A DNA stretch of 64,000 nucleotides from contig JAVBOY010000012.1 of assembly GCA_031550085.1 (NCBI GenBank), forward strand, positions 83,689-147,688. The letters run 5' to 3'. This DNA comes from Lentimicrobiaceae bacterium. GTDB lineage: Bacteria; Bacteroidota; Bacteroidia; Bacteroidales; UBA4417. Position numbers and translations under genes: made by a program. Positions 44,272 through 53,190 of this stretch are shown piece after piece. The notes below the pieces were generated by a model that was not told the origin of the DNA, ran no database searches, and saw nothing but the letters and a program-made list of their open reading frames with translations. How positions within the stretch are numbered: position 1 is the first letter of the stretch; every line of letters begins with the position of its first letter.

Positions 44272-45684
44272 TTAACAATGTCCTTGCTTTTTTTCGGACG
44301 TTGAACAATGCAACACACATTGTTCGCAGTATGAAAGTTCGCCGCGCAGGCGTTTTTTAACCATATCATCCATTTGCAGACGCAATTCTGGAAGCTTGAT
44401 TTTTTGCACGATTTCGGCAGCAAAAGCGTACATCAGCAATATTTTGGCATTGCTTTCCGAAATACCCCGCGAGCGGATGTAAAACAAGGCTTCATTGTCC
44501 AGTTGCCCGACGGTCGCTCCGTGCGAGCATTTTACATCGTCGGCATAAATTTCTAAAAACGGTTTGCTGTCGATGGTCGCCTTGTCGGTGAGCAGAATAT
44601 TTTTGTTCGATTGGAATGCATTGGTTTTTTGCGCATCGCGATTTACCAGCACATGGCCGCTGAAAACGCCACTCGCCTGATCGTCCAGAATACCTTTGAA
44701 CAGTTGATTGCTCAAACAATTGGGTGCAGCATGCTCGATAAACAGTTGATTGTCGATGTGTTGCATTTTGTCCATTAGATACAGCCCCGAAACATCGGTT
44801 TCGGCATATTCCCCGGCCAGTTTGATATGCAGGTTGTTGCGGATGATGCCGCCGTTCAAGCTGATGGCATGGGTGTTAAAACGGCTGTTTTTTTCCTGGT
44901 TTACAAACAAAGAGTTTACCAACGTTGACTTGCTGTCTTTGTTTTGCAGCTTGTAATGATCGAGCGTTGCACCGGCATCGATAAAGATTTCCGACACCAC
45001 ATTGATAAAGGTTTGCGCATGTTTTTTAGTTTCGTCGCAATGCACGAGGCGCAAATGCGAATTTTTACCCAGCACAATCAAATTGCGGATGTTGAGGAAC
45101 AAATTTTCCTCGCAATCCACAATATTTACAATCTGGATCGGTTGCTTTACCGTCACCTGATCGGGTACATAAATAAAAAATCCGTCGTTGGCAACAGCCG
45201 TGTTCAAGGCAATCAAACCATCTTCACGGGTAACCTGTTTTTGGTAATACTTTTCAAAAAGTTCAGGGAAGCGGACAGCCGCTGCAGCAATACTCCCGAC
45301 AATCACGCCGTTTTCGAGTTGCTGGATTTTTTGTTGGTTGTAAATAAACGAACCGTTTAGCAACGCGATGGGGAAGGTGTTGAAATTGGGTACGTCGCAA
45401 CGGAAGACTTCATTTAAATCAATATTGTGGGTCATTGATTCAAAACCAAAGTTGTAAATTTTGTCTTCCAGGACCGGTTTCAAATCGGTTCCGCGCCAAT
45501 TCTCCATTTGGGCATGCGGAAAACCCATCGTACGAAAACGTTCCCATGCCCTTTCGCGTTCCGCTTTCAAGGCGCCCGATTTATCTGAAAATAAAGTCTC
45601 TTTATTTTTTAAATAATGATTTTCAACTATCTGGTCAATTTCCTGAAGGCTCATTGTTTCTAAAATACGTTGTTGAGTTTGCAT
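44272..45684 (-). CDS. sufD: Fe-S cluster assembly protein SufD (with Cys-rich C-terminal tail)
   Basis: SufBD beta-helix region (LVHCDE..HYKLQN..NNLHIKLAGE..VKCSHGATVGQLD..LFYIRSRGI). Lies downstream of sufC. Confidence 0.9.
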   Translation of the reverse strand: MQTQQRILETMSLQEIDQIVENHYLKNKETLFSDKSGALKAERERAWERFRTMGFPHAQMENWRGTDLKPVLEDKIYNFGFESMTHNIDLNEVFRCDVPNFNTFPIALLNGSFIYNQQKIQQLENGVIVGSIAAAAVRFPELFEKYYQKQVTREDGLIALNTAVANDGFFIYVPDQVTVKQPIQIVNIVDCEENLFLNIRNLIVLGKNSHLRLVHCDETKKHAQTFINVVSEIFIDAGATLDHYKLQNKDSKSTLVNSLFVNQEKNSRFNTHAISLNGGIIRNNLHIKLAGEYAETDVSGLYLMDKMQHIDNQLFIEHAAPNCLSNQLFKGILDDQASGVFSGHVLVNRDAQKTNAFQSNKNILLTDKATIDSKPFLEIYADDVKCSHGATVGQLDNEALFYIRSRGISESNAKILLMYAFAAEIVQKIKLPELRLQMDDMVKKRLRGELSYCEQCVLHCSTSEKKQGHC

Positions 45685-45703
45685 GCCGGAATAAAATGTT
45701 TAG

Positions 45704-46444
45704 TTATGCTTTGAGCCATTCGTACCCTTTTTCTTCAAGTTCGATCGCCAGTTCTTTTCCTCCTGTTTTCACAATTTTGCCTTCGAAAAGTACATGCACC
45801 ACATCGGGGATAATGTGTTCGAGCAGCCGCTGATAGTGTGTAATAATCAGAGCGGCATTGTCGGGACGGCGCAATTTGTTTACACCCGAAGCTACCACAC
45901 GCAACGCATCAATATCCAATCCCGAATCGGTTTCGTCCAGAATGGCCAGTTTGGGCTCGAGCATGGCCATTTGAAAAATTTCGTTTTTCTTTTTTTCACC
46001 GCCCGAAAACCCTTCGTTTACCGAACGTCCGGTCAATTTTTCGTTCAACTCCAACAGCTTGCGTTTTTCTTCCATTTTTACCATAAATTCACCGGCAGGA
46101 ATGGGATCCATGCCACGGTATTTCCGCTGCTCGTTAATAGCCGTACGCAGGAAATTAATAATGCTCACGCCCGGAATTTCAACCGGATACTGGAAACCCA
46201 GAAAAATACCTTCACAAGCACGCTCTTCGGTAGAAAGCTCCAACAAGTTTTTTCCATTGAACCAAATTTCGCCCTCCGTTACATCATATCCCTCTTTCCC
46301 GGAAATCACATACGAAAGCGTACTCTTTCCCGTTCCGTTCGGCCCCATAATGGCATGTACTTCACCTGTCTTGATTTCAAGGTTAACGCCTTTTAAGATT
46401 TCTTTTCCGTTGATGGATGCGTGTAGGTTCTTTATTTTTAGCAT
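45704..46444 (-). CDS. sufC: Fe-S cluster assembly ATPase SufC
   Basis: MLKIKNLHASINGKEILKG, Walker A GPNGTGKST, FSGGEKKKNEI and Walker B ILDETDSGLDIDAL. Confidence 0.95.
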   Translation of the reverse strand: MLKIKNLHASINGKEILKGVNLEIKTGEVHAIMGPNGTGKSTLSYVISGKEGYDVTEGEIWFNGKNLLELSTEERACEGIFLGFQYPVEIPGVSIINFLRTAINEQRKYRGMDPIPAGEFMVKMEEKRKLLELNEKLTGRSVNEGFSGGEKKKNEIFQMAMLEPKLAILDETDSGLDIDALRVVASGVNKLRRPDNAALIITHYQRLLEHIIPDVVHVLFEGKIVKTGGKELAIELEEKGYEWLKA

Positions 46445-47013
46445 GATATTTTATTTCTTGTTTAATTGTTGTTGAAGTGTTGAATCGTTGAGTTGTTGAA
46501 CTGTTTAATTGTTTATTTGTGAAGCGTGAACGGGTTCAAGGTACACGGTGAAAGGTGAACGGTTAAGGGTGAGTTGCCTGTTTAATTGTTTAACTGTTTA
46601 TGCAGTGAAATGGAAAACTGGTTGGTATCCTTGGTTTTATCAATTGGGATAATTTAATTTACTATTATTCTATTTTAATCGCATACTGTGAAATGTGAAC
46701 GGTTAAGGGTGAAAGGTTCAGGACACACGGTGCAAAGATTGTTGTTTGTTTTTTGTTGTTCATTTACTTGCCATAAAAAATCCACTTTCAATTCTCCATT
46801 TTCAATTGAAATGCCTTCTGCTTTTTCCTTTCAGCATTAAAAACCAGTCTACTCGCCAACTTGTTTACCTGTATCAAAAAGGACACCCATTTTCAATTTT
46901 CAATTCTCCATTTTCAATTGAAATGCCTTCTGCCTTTTCCTTTCTGCATTAAAAACTAGTCTACTCGTCAACTTGTTTCCTTGTATTTAAAAAATCTCAT
47001 TTTCAATTTTCCA
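46445..47013 (-). repeat. mosaic intergenic repeat (copy R5) with an internal 112-bp tandem duplication at 46789-47012
   Basis: caattctccattttcaattgaaatgccttctgc... starts at both 46789 and 46901. C-module words occupy 46470-46760. Confidence 0.9.
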
Positions 47014-48462
47014 CTAACCCACGCTTCCTTCCAGGCTGATAGCCAGCAATTTCTGAGCTTCGATGGCAAATTCCATGGGCAGATGCTGCAACACCTGCTT
47101 GGCATAGCCGTTCACAATCAAACCGATGGCTTGTTCTGTTCCGATGCCACGTTGCTGGCAGTAGAAAAGTTGATCTTCCGAAATTTTACTGGTCGTAGCT
47201 TCATGTTCCACAATGGACGATGAATTTTCGGTATGGATGTAAGGCCAGGTATGCGCCCCGCATTTATCGCCCAGCAACAAACTGTCGCATTGGGAGAAAT
47301 TTCGGGCGTTTTCAGCCCGTTTGATGATTTTGACCAAGCCCCGGTACGAATTGTTGCTTTTTCCGGCCGAAATTCCCTTGGAAATAATGGTGGAACGCGT
47401 ATTTTTACCCAAATGAATCATTTTGGTTCCCGTATCGGCCTGTTGGTAGTTGTTGGTAACCGCAACCGAATAAAACTCGCCGATGCTGTGGTCGCCCATT
47501 AAGATCACACTGGGATATTTCCAGGTGATGGCGGCGCCGGTTTCCACCTGTGTCCATGAAATTTTCGAATGGGAGCCTTTGCAGATCCCGCGTTTGGTTA
47601 CAAAATTGTAAATACCGCCTTTGCCTTCTTTATCGCCCGGGTACCAGTTCTGAACCGTCGAATATTTTACTTCGGCATCTTTCATCGCCACAATTTCGAC
47701 GATAGCTGCATGCAGTTGGTTCTCATCGCGTTGCGGAGCGGTACAGCCTTCCATATAACTGACATAAGCGCCTTCGTCGGCTACAATCAATGTGCGTTCG
47801 AACTGTCCGGTATTGGCTGCATTGATGCGGAAATAAGTAGACAGTTCAATGGGGCAACGCACGCCCTTGGGAATGTAGCAAAACGAACCGTCGCTAAACA
47901 CCGCGGAATTTAATGCGGCAAAGTAATTGTCGGTTGGCGGAACCACCGATCCCATGTATTGGCGCACCAAATCGGGATGTTTTTGGACCGCTTCGCTGAA
48001 CGAGCAGAAAATGATGCCGTCTTTTTCCAACGTTTCTGTAAACGTGGTTTTGACCGAAACCGAATCGATAACCGCATCAACGGCCACACCGCTCAATTTT
48101 TTCTGCTCCTCGAGACTGATTCCCAATTTGTTAAACGTTTCTATTAATTCCGGATCCACTTCGTCCAAACTGGCCAATTCCTTTTTGGGTTTGGGTGCAG
48201 CATAGTAAATAATATCCTGATAATCAATTTCGTCGTGGTGTAAATGAGCCCAATGAGGTTCTTTGAGTGTGAGCCAGTGGCGATAGGCATTTAAGCGGAA
48301 TTCTAACAACCATTCCGGTTCGTTTTTCTTTGCCGAGATAAAACGGATTACATCTTCGTTCAGGCCGCGAGGAGCCGTTTCCATTTCAATATCGGTAAAA
48401 AAACCATACTTGTAATCGGAATTGGTTACTTCGCCTATGATATCGTTATTTTCTTTTTCCAT
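47014..48462 (-). CDS. sufB: Fe-S cluster assembly protein SufB
   Basis: YKYGF.TDIE...[24 protein letters not shown]...CTAP...GDKCGAHT.P...[24 protein letters not shown] 48462 was chosen as the start. Confidence 0.95.
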   Translation of the reverse strand: MEKENNDIIGEVTNSDYKYGFFTDIEMETAPRGLNEDVIRFISAKKNEPEWLLEFRLNAYRHWLTLKEPHWAHLHHDEIDYQDIIYYAAPKPKKELASLDEVDPELIETFNKLGISLEEQKKLSGVAVDAVIDSVSVKTTFTETLEKDGIIFCSFSEAVQKHPDLVRQYMGSVVPPTDNYFAALNSAVFSDGSFCYIPKGVRCPIELSTYFRINAANTGQFERTLIVADEGAYVSYMEGCTAPQRDENQLHAAIVEIVAMKDAEVKYSTVQNWYPGDKEGKGGIYNFVTKRGICKGSHSKISWTQVETGAAITWKYPSVILMGDHSIGEFYSVAVTNNYQQADTGTKMIHLGKNTRSTIISKGISAGKSNNSYRGLVKIIKRAENARNFSQCDSLLLGDKCGAHTWPYIHTENSSSIVEHEATTSKISEDQLFYCQQRGIGTEQAIGLIVNGYAKQVLQHLPMEFAIEAQKLLAISLEGSVG

Positions 48463-48510
48463 AATTTCAGGGGCGTTTGGTACTTCGGTTTTGGTGGGTC
48501 GCCTAGGATG

Positions 48511-48518
48511 CAAAGGTA
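48511..48518 (-). promoter_or_regulatory. -7 box TACCTTTG for sufB
   Basis: + strand text caaaggta, 49 nt upstream of ATG 48462. Confidence 0.45.
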
Positions 48519-48621
48519 CTGCTTTTCGGCAATTTAAGAATATATTTACTTAAATTATTCCCGTTCTTGAAGCGAAATTCGTGATTTTTAGATTTTGTTC
48601 GGTTATGAAATGGGAGTCTGT

Positions 48622-49647
48622 TCAACCGGAAATGTTGAAACAAAATTGATGTTTTGTAAATAAACTATTTTCAACGAAATGTACTTCTTTAAAATACTTG
48701 GCTAATTCCTTTTTATTTTCTGCCCGAAAACCGATGGCAGCCGTGCGTTGCCGGGTTGCTGTTTGAATGGTCAGCGTTTTATTTTTAAAAATCTGATATT
48801 TAAAAAGTTGTAAAAGTTCTTTTTCGAAACGCTTGCCCCAATATTTGCTTTCCACCAATTGCCCGAATGCCGGATGAAAAGGTCCCGCCAGCAGATTGTC
48901 GCCATTCAACAGGCCTTCCGAAGGATGCAAGCCGATTCGCAATACCTTCACTGAAGCTGTCTCAAAAATTGGCAACAATTCAACAACCCAGTCTATTGCT
49001 TGGTTCAAAGACAATGGCTCATAGTTCCCGTTTCGATACAAATCGGCAAGCAGGGCATCGGTAATCACCAGAGTAGGGTAGATGCGGGTGTTTTTTGCGC
49101 CAAGCGAAACGATCTTTTTAGCGGTATCAACGGATTTTTCAAATGTATCCAGCGGAAGCCCGATCATCATTTGCAAGCCCAATTCAAAACCATGGTTTTG
49201 GATTAAGTCCGAAGCTCGTTCCACATCTTCTACCGAATGCCCGCGTCCGGAGGCTTGCAGCACTTCATGATCCAGCGATTGTGCACCCAATTCAATGCAG
49301 GAAACGCGATATTTCTTTAATAAATCAAGTTTTTTATTATCAATATAATCAGGACGGGTGGAGAGTTTAATTTCTTGAATTTGATTGGTTTGCAAATACT
49401 GCTGAACCGATTGCAAATAACGTTCCTGTACTTCGGCAGAAATACCGGTAAAATTGCCTCCGAAAAAACCTATGTCAATGTGTGAATCATTTTTGGGCAA
49501 GGTTTTCAGATGTGCCTGGATGATTTTATGAACTTCATCAACAGTGGGTTGCGTCAACTTCCCTGAAATTTTTTGCTGGTTGCAAAACACGCAACGATTG
49601 GGGCAGGCCAATTCCGGAATAAAAATAGGAATCGTGAAATGACGCAT
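48622..49647 (-). CDS. radical SAM protein (ELP3-like subfamily)
   Basis: IPIFIPELACPNRCVFCNQ contains the CxxxCxxC cluster motif. ATG 49647 removes the overlap with the upstream gene. Confidence 0.85.
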   Translation of the reverse strand: MRHFTIPIFIPELACPNRCVFCNQQKISGKLTQPTVDEVHKIIQAHLKTLPKNDSHIDIGFFGGNFTGISAEVQERYLQSVQQYLQTNQIQEIKLSTRPDYIDNKKLDLLKKYRVSCIELGAQSLDHEVLQASGRGHSVEDVERASDLIQNHGFELGLQMMIGLPLDTFEKSVDTAKKIVSLGAKNTRIYPTLVITDALLADLYRNGNYEPLSLNQAIDWVVELLPIFETASVKVLRIGLHPSEGLLNGDNLLAGPFHPAFGQLVESKYWGKRFEKELLQLFKYQIFKNKTLTIQTATRQRTAAIGFRAENKKELAKYFKEVHFVENSLFTKHQFCFNISG

Positions 49648-49666
49648 TACAATGAGAAGTAAGGCT

Positions 49667-50911
49667 TTAGTCGGTATTTTCCACCACTTTATATACTTTG
49701 TCGCCGCGACGTACCAACTGCGTAACCGGAATAGTAGGGTCTTCGCCTTTTTCGGCAAATTCGCAGGTTTGGTCGTTTTTTACCATCGACGGAATAACCG
49801 CCTGATACACACCTGTGGTAGGGCCGCTAACAATAATTTCGTCGCCCACTTTTAAATCCTGTGTGTTGATGTGAATGTGAGCGATTTGCAGATTGGAAAA
49901 ATAATTGGCAACCGTTCCGACAAATATTTTCTTGTGCGTCGCTACCGATCCGTGTACATTTGACCATTCGCCCAACGTTTTGCCCATGTAATATCCTTCC
50001 CAAAATCCGCGATTGTAAACCGATGCCAACCGCTTGTCCCAAACATCGATTTTTTCTTGAGTAAAATCTTGTTCAAAATACGATTTCACGGCTTCCTGGT
50101 AGCATTCGGTAACGGTTTTTACGTATTCGGCAGAGCGTCCGCGCCCTTCGATTTTGAGCACGCTTACGCCGGCATCCAGAATCTGATCCAAAAATGGAAT
50201 GGTTTTCAAATCTTTGGGCGACATAATGTATTCGTTTTCAATGGCAAGTTCCACTTGATTGTCCAGATCTTTCACCAAATAACCGCGCCGGCAATCTTGA
50301 AAACAGGAACCGCGGTTTGCCGAATGGTTGTGGTTGTGCAGGCTCAAATAACATTTTCCTGAAACCGCCATACACAAGGCGCCGTGTACAAAAATTTCGA
50401 TTTTTACCAGTTCGTTTTTTGGGCCCCGGATGTTTTGCTCTTTAATTTGCCGGCAGATGTTTTTGACTTGTTCCAATGAAAGTTCGCGTGAAGTCACCAT
50501 CACATCCGCATAGCGTGAAAAAAACTTTACCGCTTCCAGGTTGGTAATGTTGCATTGGGTGCTGATATGCGTTTCCATACCCGTTTGTCTGCAATATTCC
50601 AATACGCTCAAATCGGAGGCGATGATGGCCGTGACGCCGTGTTGTTTTGCTGCATCCACCAGCTGCTTCATGGCTTCGATTTCTTCATCAAACACAACGG
50701 TATTGAGCGTCAAATAAGATTTTATATGGTGCTGACGACAAATAGCCGTGATTTCAGCCAAATCGTCCAAGGTAAAGTTGACGCTCGAACGTGCCCGCAT
50801 GTTCATTTTTCCCACGCCAAAGTATACCGAATTGGCGCCCGCCTGAATGGCAGCCCTTAACGATTCGTACGAACCCACCGGCGACATGATTTCTATTTCA
50901 CGTTGCTTCAT
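49667..50911 (-). CDS. peptidase U32 family protein
   Basis: EIMSPVGSYESLRAAIQAGANSVYFG...HGALCMAVSGKCYLS..NRGSCFQDCRR. ATG 50911 was chosen as the start. Confidence 0.9.
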   Translation of the reverse strand: MKQREIEIMSPVGSYESLRAAIQAGANSVYFGVGKMNMRARSSVNFTLDDLAEITAICRQHHIKSYLTLNTVVFDEEIEAMKQLVDAAKQHGVTAIIASDLSVLEYCRQTGMETHISTQCNITNLEAVKFFSRYADVMVTSRELSLEQVKNICRQIKEQNIRGPKNELVKIEIFVHGALCMAVSGKCYLSLHNHNHSANRGSCFQDCRRGYLVKDLDNQVELAIENEYIMSPKDLKTIPFLDQILDAGVSVLKIEGRGRSAEYVKTVTECYQEAVKSYFEQDFTQEKIDVWDKRLASVYNRGFWEGYYMGKTLGEWSNVHGSVATHKKIFVGTVANYFSNLQIAHIHINTQDLKVGDEIIVSGPTTGVYQAVIPSMVKNDQTCEFAEKGEDPTIPVTQLVRRGDKVYKVVENTD

Positions 50912-50932
50912 TTTCAATTTAACTAGCGGGTG

Positions 50933-50940
50933 CAAAATTA
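50933..50940 (-). promoter_or_regulatory. -7 box TAATTTTG for the U32 / radical SAM pair
   Basis: + strand text caaaatta, 22 nt upstream of ATG 50911. Confidence 0.4.
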
Positions 50941-51381
50941 CGGAAGTATAGTTAGATGAATCGTGAATAATTGGTAAAAATTAGTTTCCCTTGGGTGGTA
51001 AAAGAATGACTGTCAAATTAATTTGAGAGAGCGGATTGCTTTTTTTATTGATACCTGGATCTAAATTTTACCGTTGTTTTGTTGTAAAATGTGTTGTAAG
51101 TAGCTAAAAATAAAAACGTTAATTTTTTTTTAAATAAACAAAGCTTTTAGTCTCAGAGTGAGATGGGTGTACCACTATTTTAGAAGTTTTACTCGAAAAA
51201 TTTGTGAAATCACTGCACACATAAGGTTATTTCCTATTTTTGTCAAAGCATTTTTGATAAAGAATGTTGGAGAGCGATAAAGTCTTGTATTTTGGAGAAT
51301 GATAAAGTTGGGGAATAGAAATTGAAAATGATATAAATAGTAATAGCATAAAAAATGTACCAGCATTAAACTAGCGATAAA

Positions 51382-51924
51382 ATGAAAAAAAACATAAGTA
51401 AAAAATGGATACTGGGCAGAAGTTTTGTGTGTGCATTAGTATTCCTTCTTTGTGCTTGTGCAGGGACAATAAAAACGGTGAGATATTCTAATCAGAGTAT
51501 CGTAAGCTACAAAAAAGCATTTATTGTTTCTGCGGAAAACTCGCAATATGTAAAATTTAAAATGGGAGTGATAACACCATTTGCTTATGTGGTTTTACCA
51601 GATGATCCAGCTCGAAAGCATGAGGTGATCGGGAATACAGATGTTATTATAAAAAATGAACTTGAAAAGTATGGCATTTCTGCCGAAATTGGTAAAAAAG
51701 GAGATGAACCGGAAGATTTTGATTTGATAATTCAATACAAAGATACATGGAGGTGGGATTTTAAAAAGATTCTTGAAAAATTAGAGATTGTTTTCATTGC
51801 ACCAACAGGAGATAGTATTATGGCGAGATCAACGTATGATATCTATAGAAACAAAGAACTTCATAATTATCCATTTCCTGAAAAAGAAGTGCCAAAAATG
51901 ATCAAAGAGTTACTCAATAAATAA
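51382..51924 (+). CDS. hypothetical lipoprotein (AT-rich gene)
   Basis: Lipobox LLCACAG. No domain recognised. The composition is visibly more AT-rich than the neighbouring genes. Confidence 0.65.
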   Translation: MKKNISKKWILGRSFVCALVFLLCACAGTIKTVRYSNQSIVSYKKAFIVSAENSQYVKFKMGVITPFAYVVLPDDPARKHEVIGNTDVIIKNELEKYGISAEIGKKGDEPEDFDLIIQYKDTWRWDFKKILEKLEIVFIAPTGDSIMARSTYDIYRNKELHNYPFPEKEVPKMIKELLNK

Positions 51925-51935
51925 AGAAATACGAG

Positions 51936-52580
51936 ATGAATAAAGTTATTTCTCTTCAAGAAGCCGTCGGCAAAGTAAAAGACGGTATGACCCTGATGAT
52001 CGGCGGTTTTCTGGCGAACGGAACGCCGCACCGTATCATTGAAATGTTGGTGAAATCGGGTGTGAAAAACCTGACCATTATTTGCAACGATACCGGAATG
52101 CCTGACCGGGGTATTGGTTTGCTGGTAGTAAACCATCAAGTTAAAAAAGTAATTACTTCGCATATCGGAACCAATCCGGTAACCGGCGACCAAATGAATG
52201 CCGGGGAACTGGAAGTGGAATTTTCGCCTCAAGGTACCTTAGCTGAGCGCGTACGGACCGGAGGAGCCGGTTTGGGCGGCGTTTTAACGCCCACAGGTTT
52301 GGGAACTACGGTAGCCGAAGGGAAACAAGTATTGTCTATCGACGGCAAAGACTTTTTACTGGAAAAACCTTTGCGTGCCGATGTGGCTTTGATCGCAGCC
52401 AATCTTGCCGACCAAAGCGGGAACCTGTTTTACAAGGGAACTACGCAAAATTTTAATCCGTTAATGGCAACTGCTGCGGATCTGGTAATTGCCGAAGTGG
52501 CCGAACTGGTCGAAATAGGAAAAATCGAACCGGAACAAGTACATACGCCGGGAATTTTTGTGGATCATCTTGTAAAGTGA
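51936..52580 (+). CDS. 3-oxoacid/acetoacetate CoA-transferase subunit A (AtoD/ScoA family)
   Basis: Collinear with E. coli AtoD: DGMTLMIGGF..GTP..NLTIICNDTG..SHIGTNP..QGTLAERVRTGGAGLGGVLTPTG. Confidence 0.9.
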   Translation: MNKVISLQEAVGKVKDGMTLMIGGFLANGTPHRIIEMLVKSGVKNLTIICNDTGMPDRGIGLLVVNHQVKKVITSHIGTNPVTGDQMNAGELEVEFSPQGTLAERVRTGGAGLGGVLTPTGLGTTVAEGKQVLSIDGKDFLLEKPLRADVALIAANLADQSGNLFYKGTTQNFNPLMATAADLVIAEVAELVEIGKIEPEQVHTPGIFVDHLVK

Positions 52581-52706
52581 GAATCTGGGAATCATTTTAA
52601 ATAAACTTTTTGGAACTTATTTTAAAAAATAAAAAACAAGTAGAAAGTGAAAATCGAGGGTGTATTTTTCCTCTCACAATTCATTTTTTACCATTCACGA
52701 AAACTT

Positions 52707-53099
52707 ATGAAAATATCATCAATGATCCGGGTGCGTATGAATTCGCACGATGCCCATTACGGCGGCAATTTGGTTGACGGCGCTAAAATGCTTCAATTGT
52801 TTGGCGATGTCGCTACCGAACTGTTAATTATTAACGACGGCGATGAGGGTCTGTTTTGTGCCTACGATAGCGTGGAGTTTTTAGCTCCCGTTTATGCGGG
52901 CGACTACATTGAAGCCATAGGCGAAATTACCCATATCGGAAATTCGTCGCGCAAAATGACGTTTGAAGCACGGAAGGTCATTGTGCCTCGCGCCGATATT
53001 TCGGCTTCGGCTGCTGACGTGTTGGAAGAGCCTGTTGTTGTTTGCCGTGCCAGCGGTACTTGTGTCGTGCCCAAAAATTGCCAGCGGAAAACATCGTAA
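52707..53099 (+). CDS. kal: hotdog-fold protein, likely 3-aminobutyryl-CoA ammonia-lyase (Kal)
   Basis: 130 aa: [39 protein letters not shown].. The size and the neighbours (CoA-transferase, kce) fit lysine-fermentation Kal. Called from memory and context. Confidence 0.65.
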   Translation: MKISSMIRVRMNSHDAHYGGNLVDGAKMLQLFGDVATELLIINDGDEGLFCAYDSVEFLAPVYAGDYIEAIGEITHIGNSSRKMTFEARKVIVPRADISASAADVLEEPVVVCRASGTCVVPKNCQRKTS

Positions 53100-53124
53100 A
53101 CGATAAAAAATAATGTAACTTTGC

Positions 53125-53174
53125 ATTCAACCGATTGGTATTATACCTTTTGGTATAATACCAATCGGTTGAAT
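53125..53174. promoter_or_regulatory. perfect 23-bp inverted repeat (hairpin, terminator or operator) between kal and the ATPase gene
   Basis: attcaaccgattggtattatacc (53125-53147), loop tttt, then ggtataataccaatcggttgaat (53152-53174). Confidence 0.6.
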
Positions 53175-53190
53175 TTGTAAAAATATCATT

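Noticed and set aside
13196-47013. Possibility that the dispersed repeats are CRISPR arrays or IS/MITE elements
   Set aside because: There is no regular repeat-spacer periodicity, there are no cas genes, and there is no transposase. I could not see terminal inverted repeats or target-site duplications. The copies are mosaics of short modules rather than copies of one unit.
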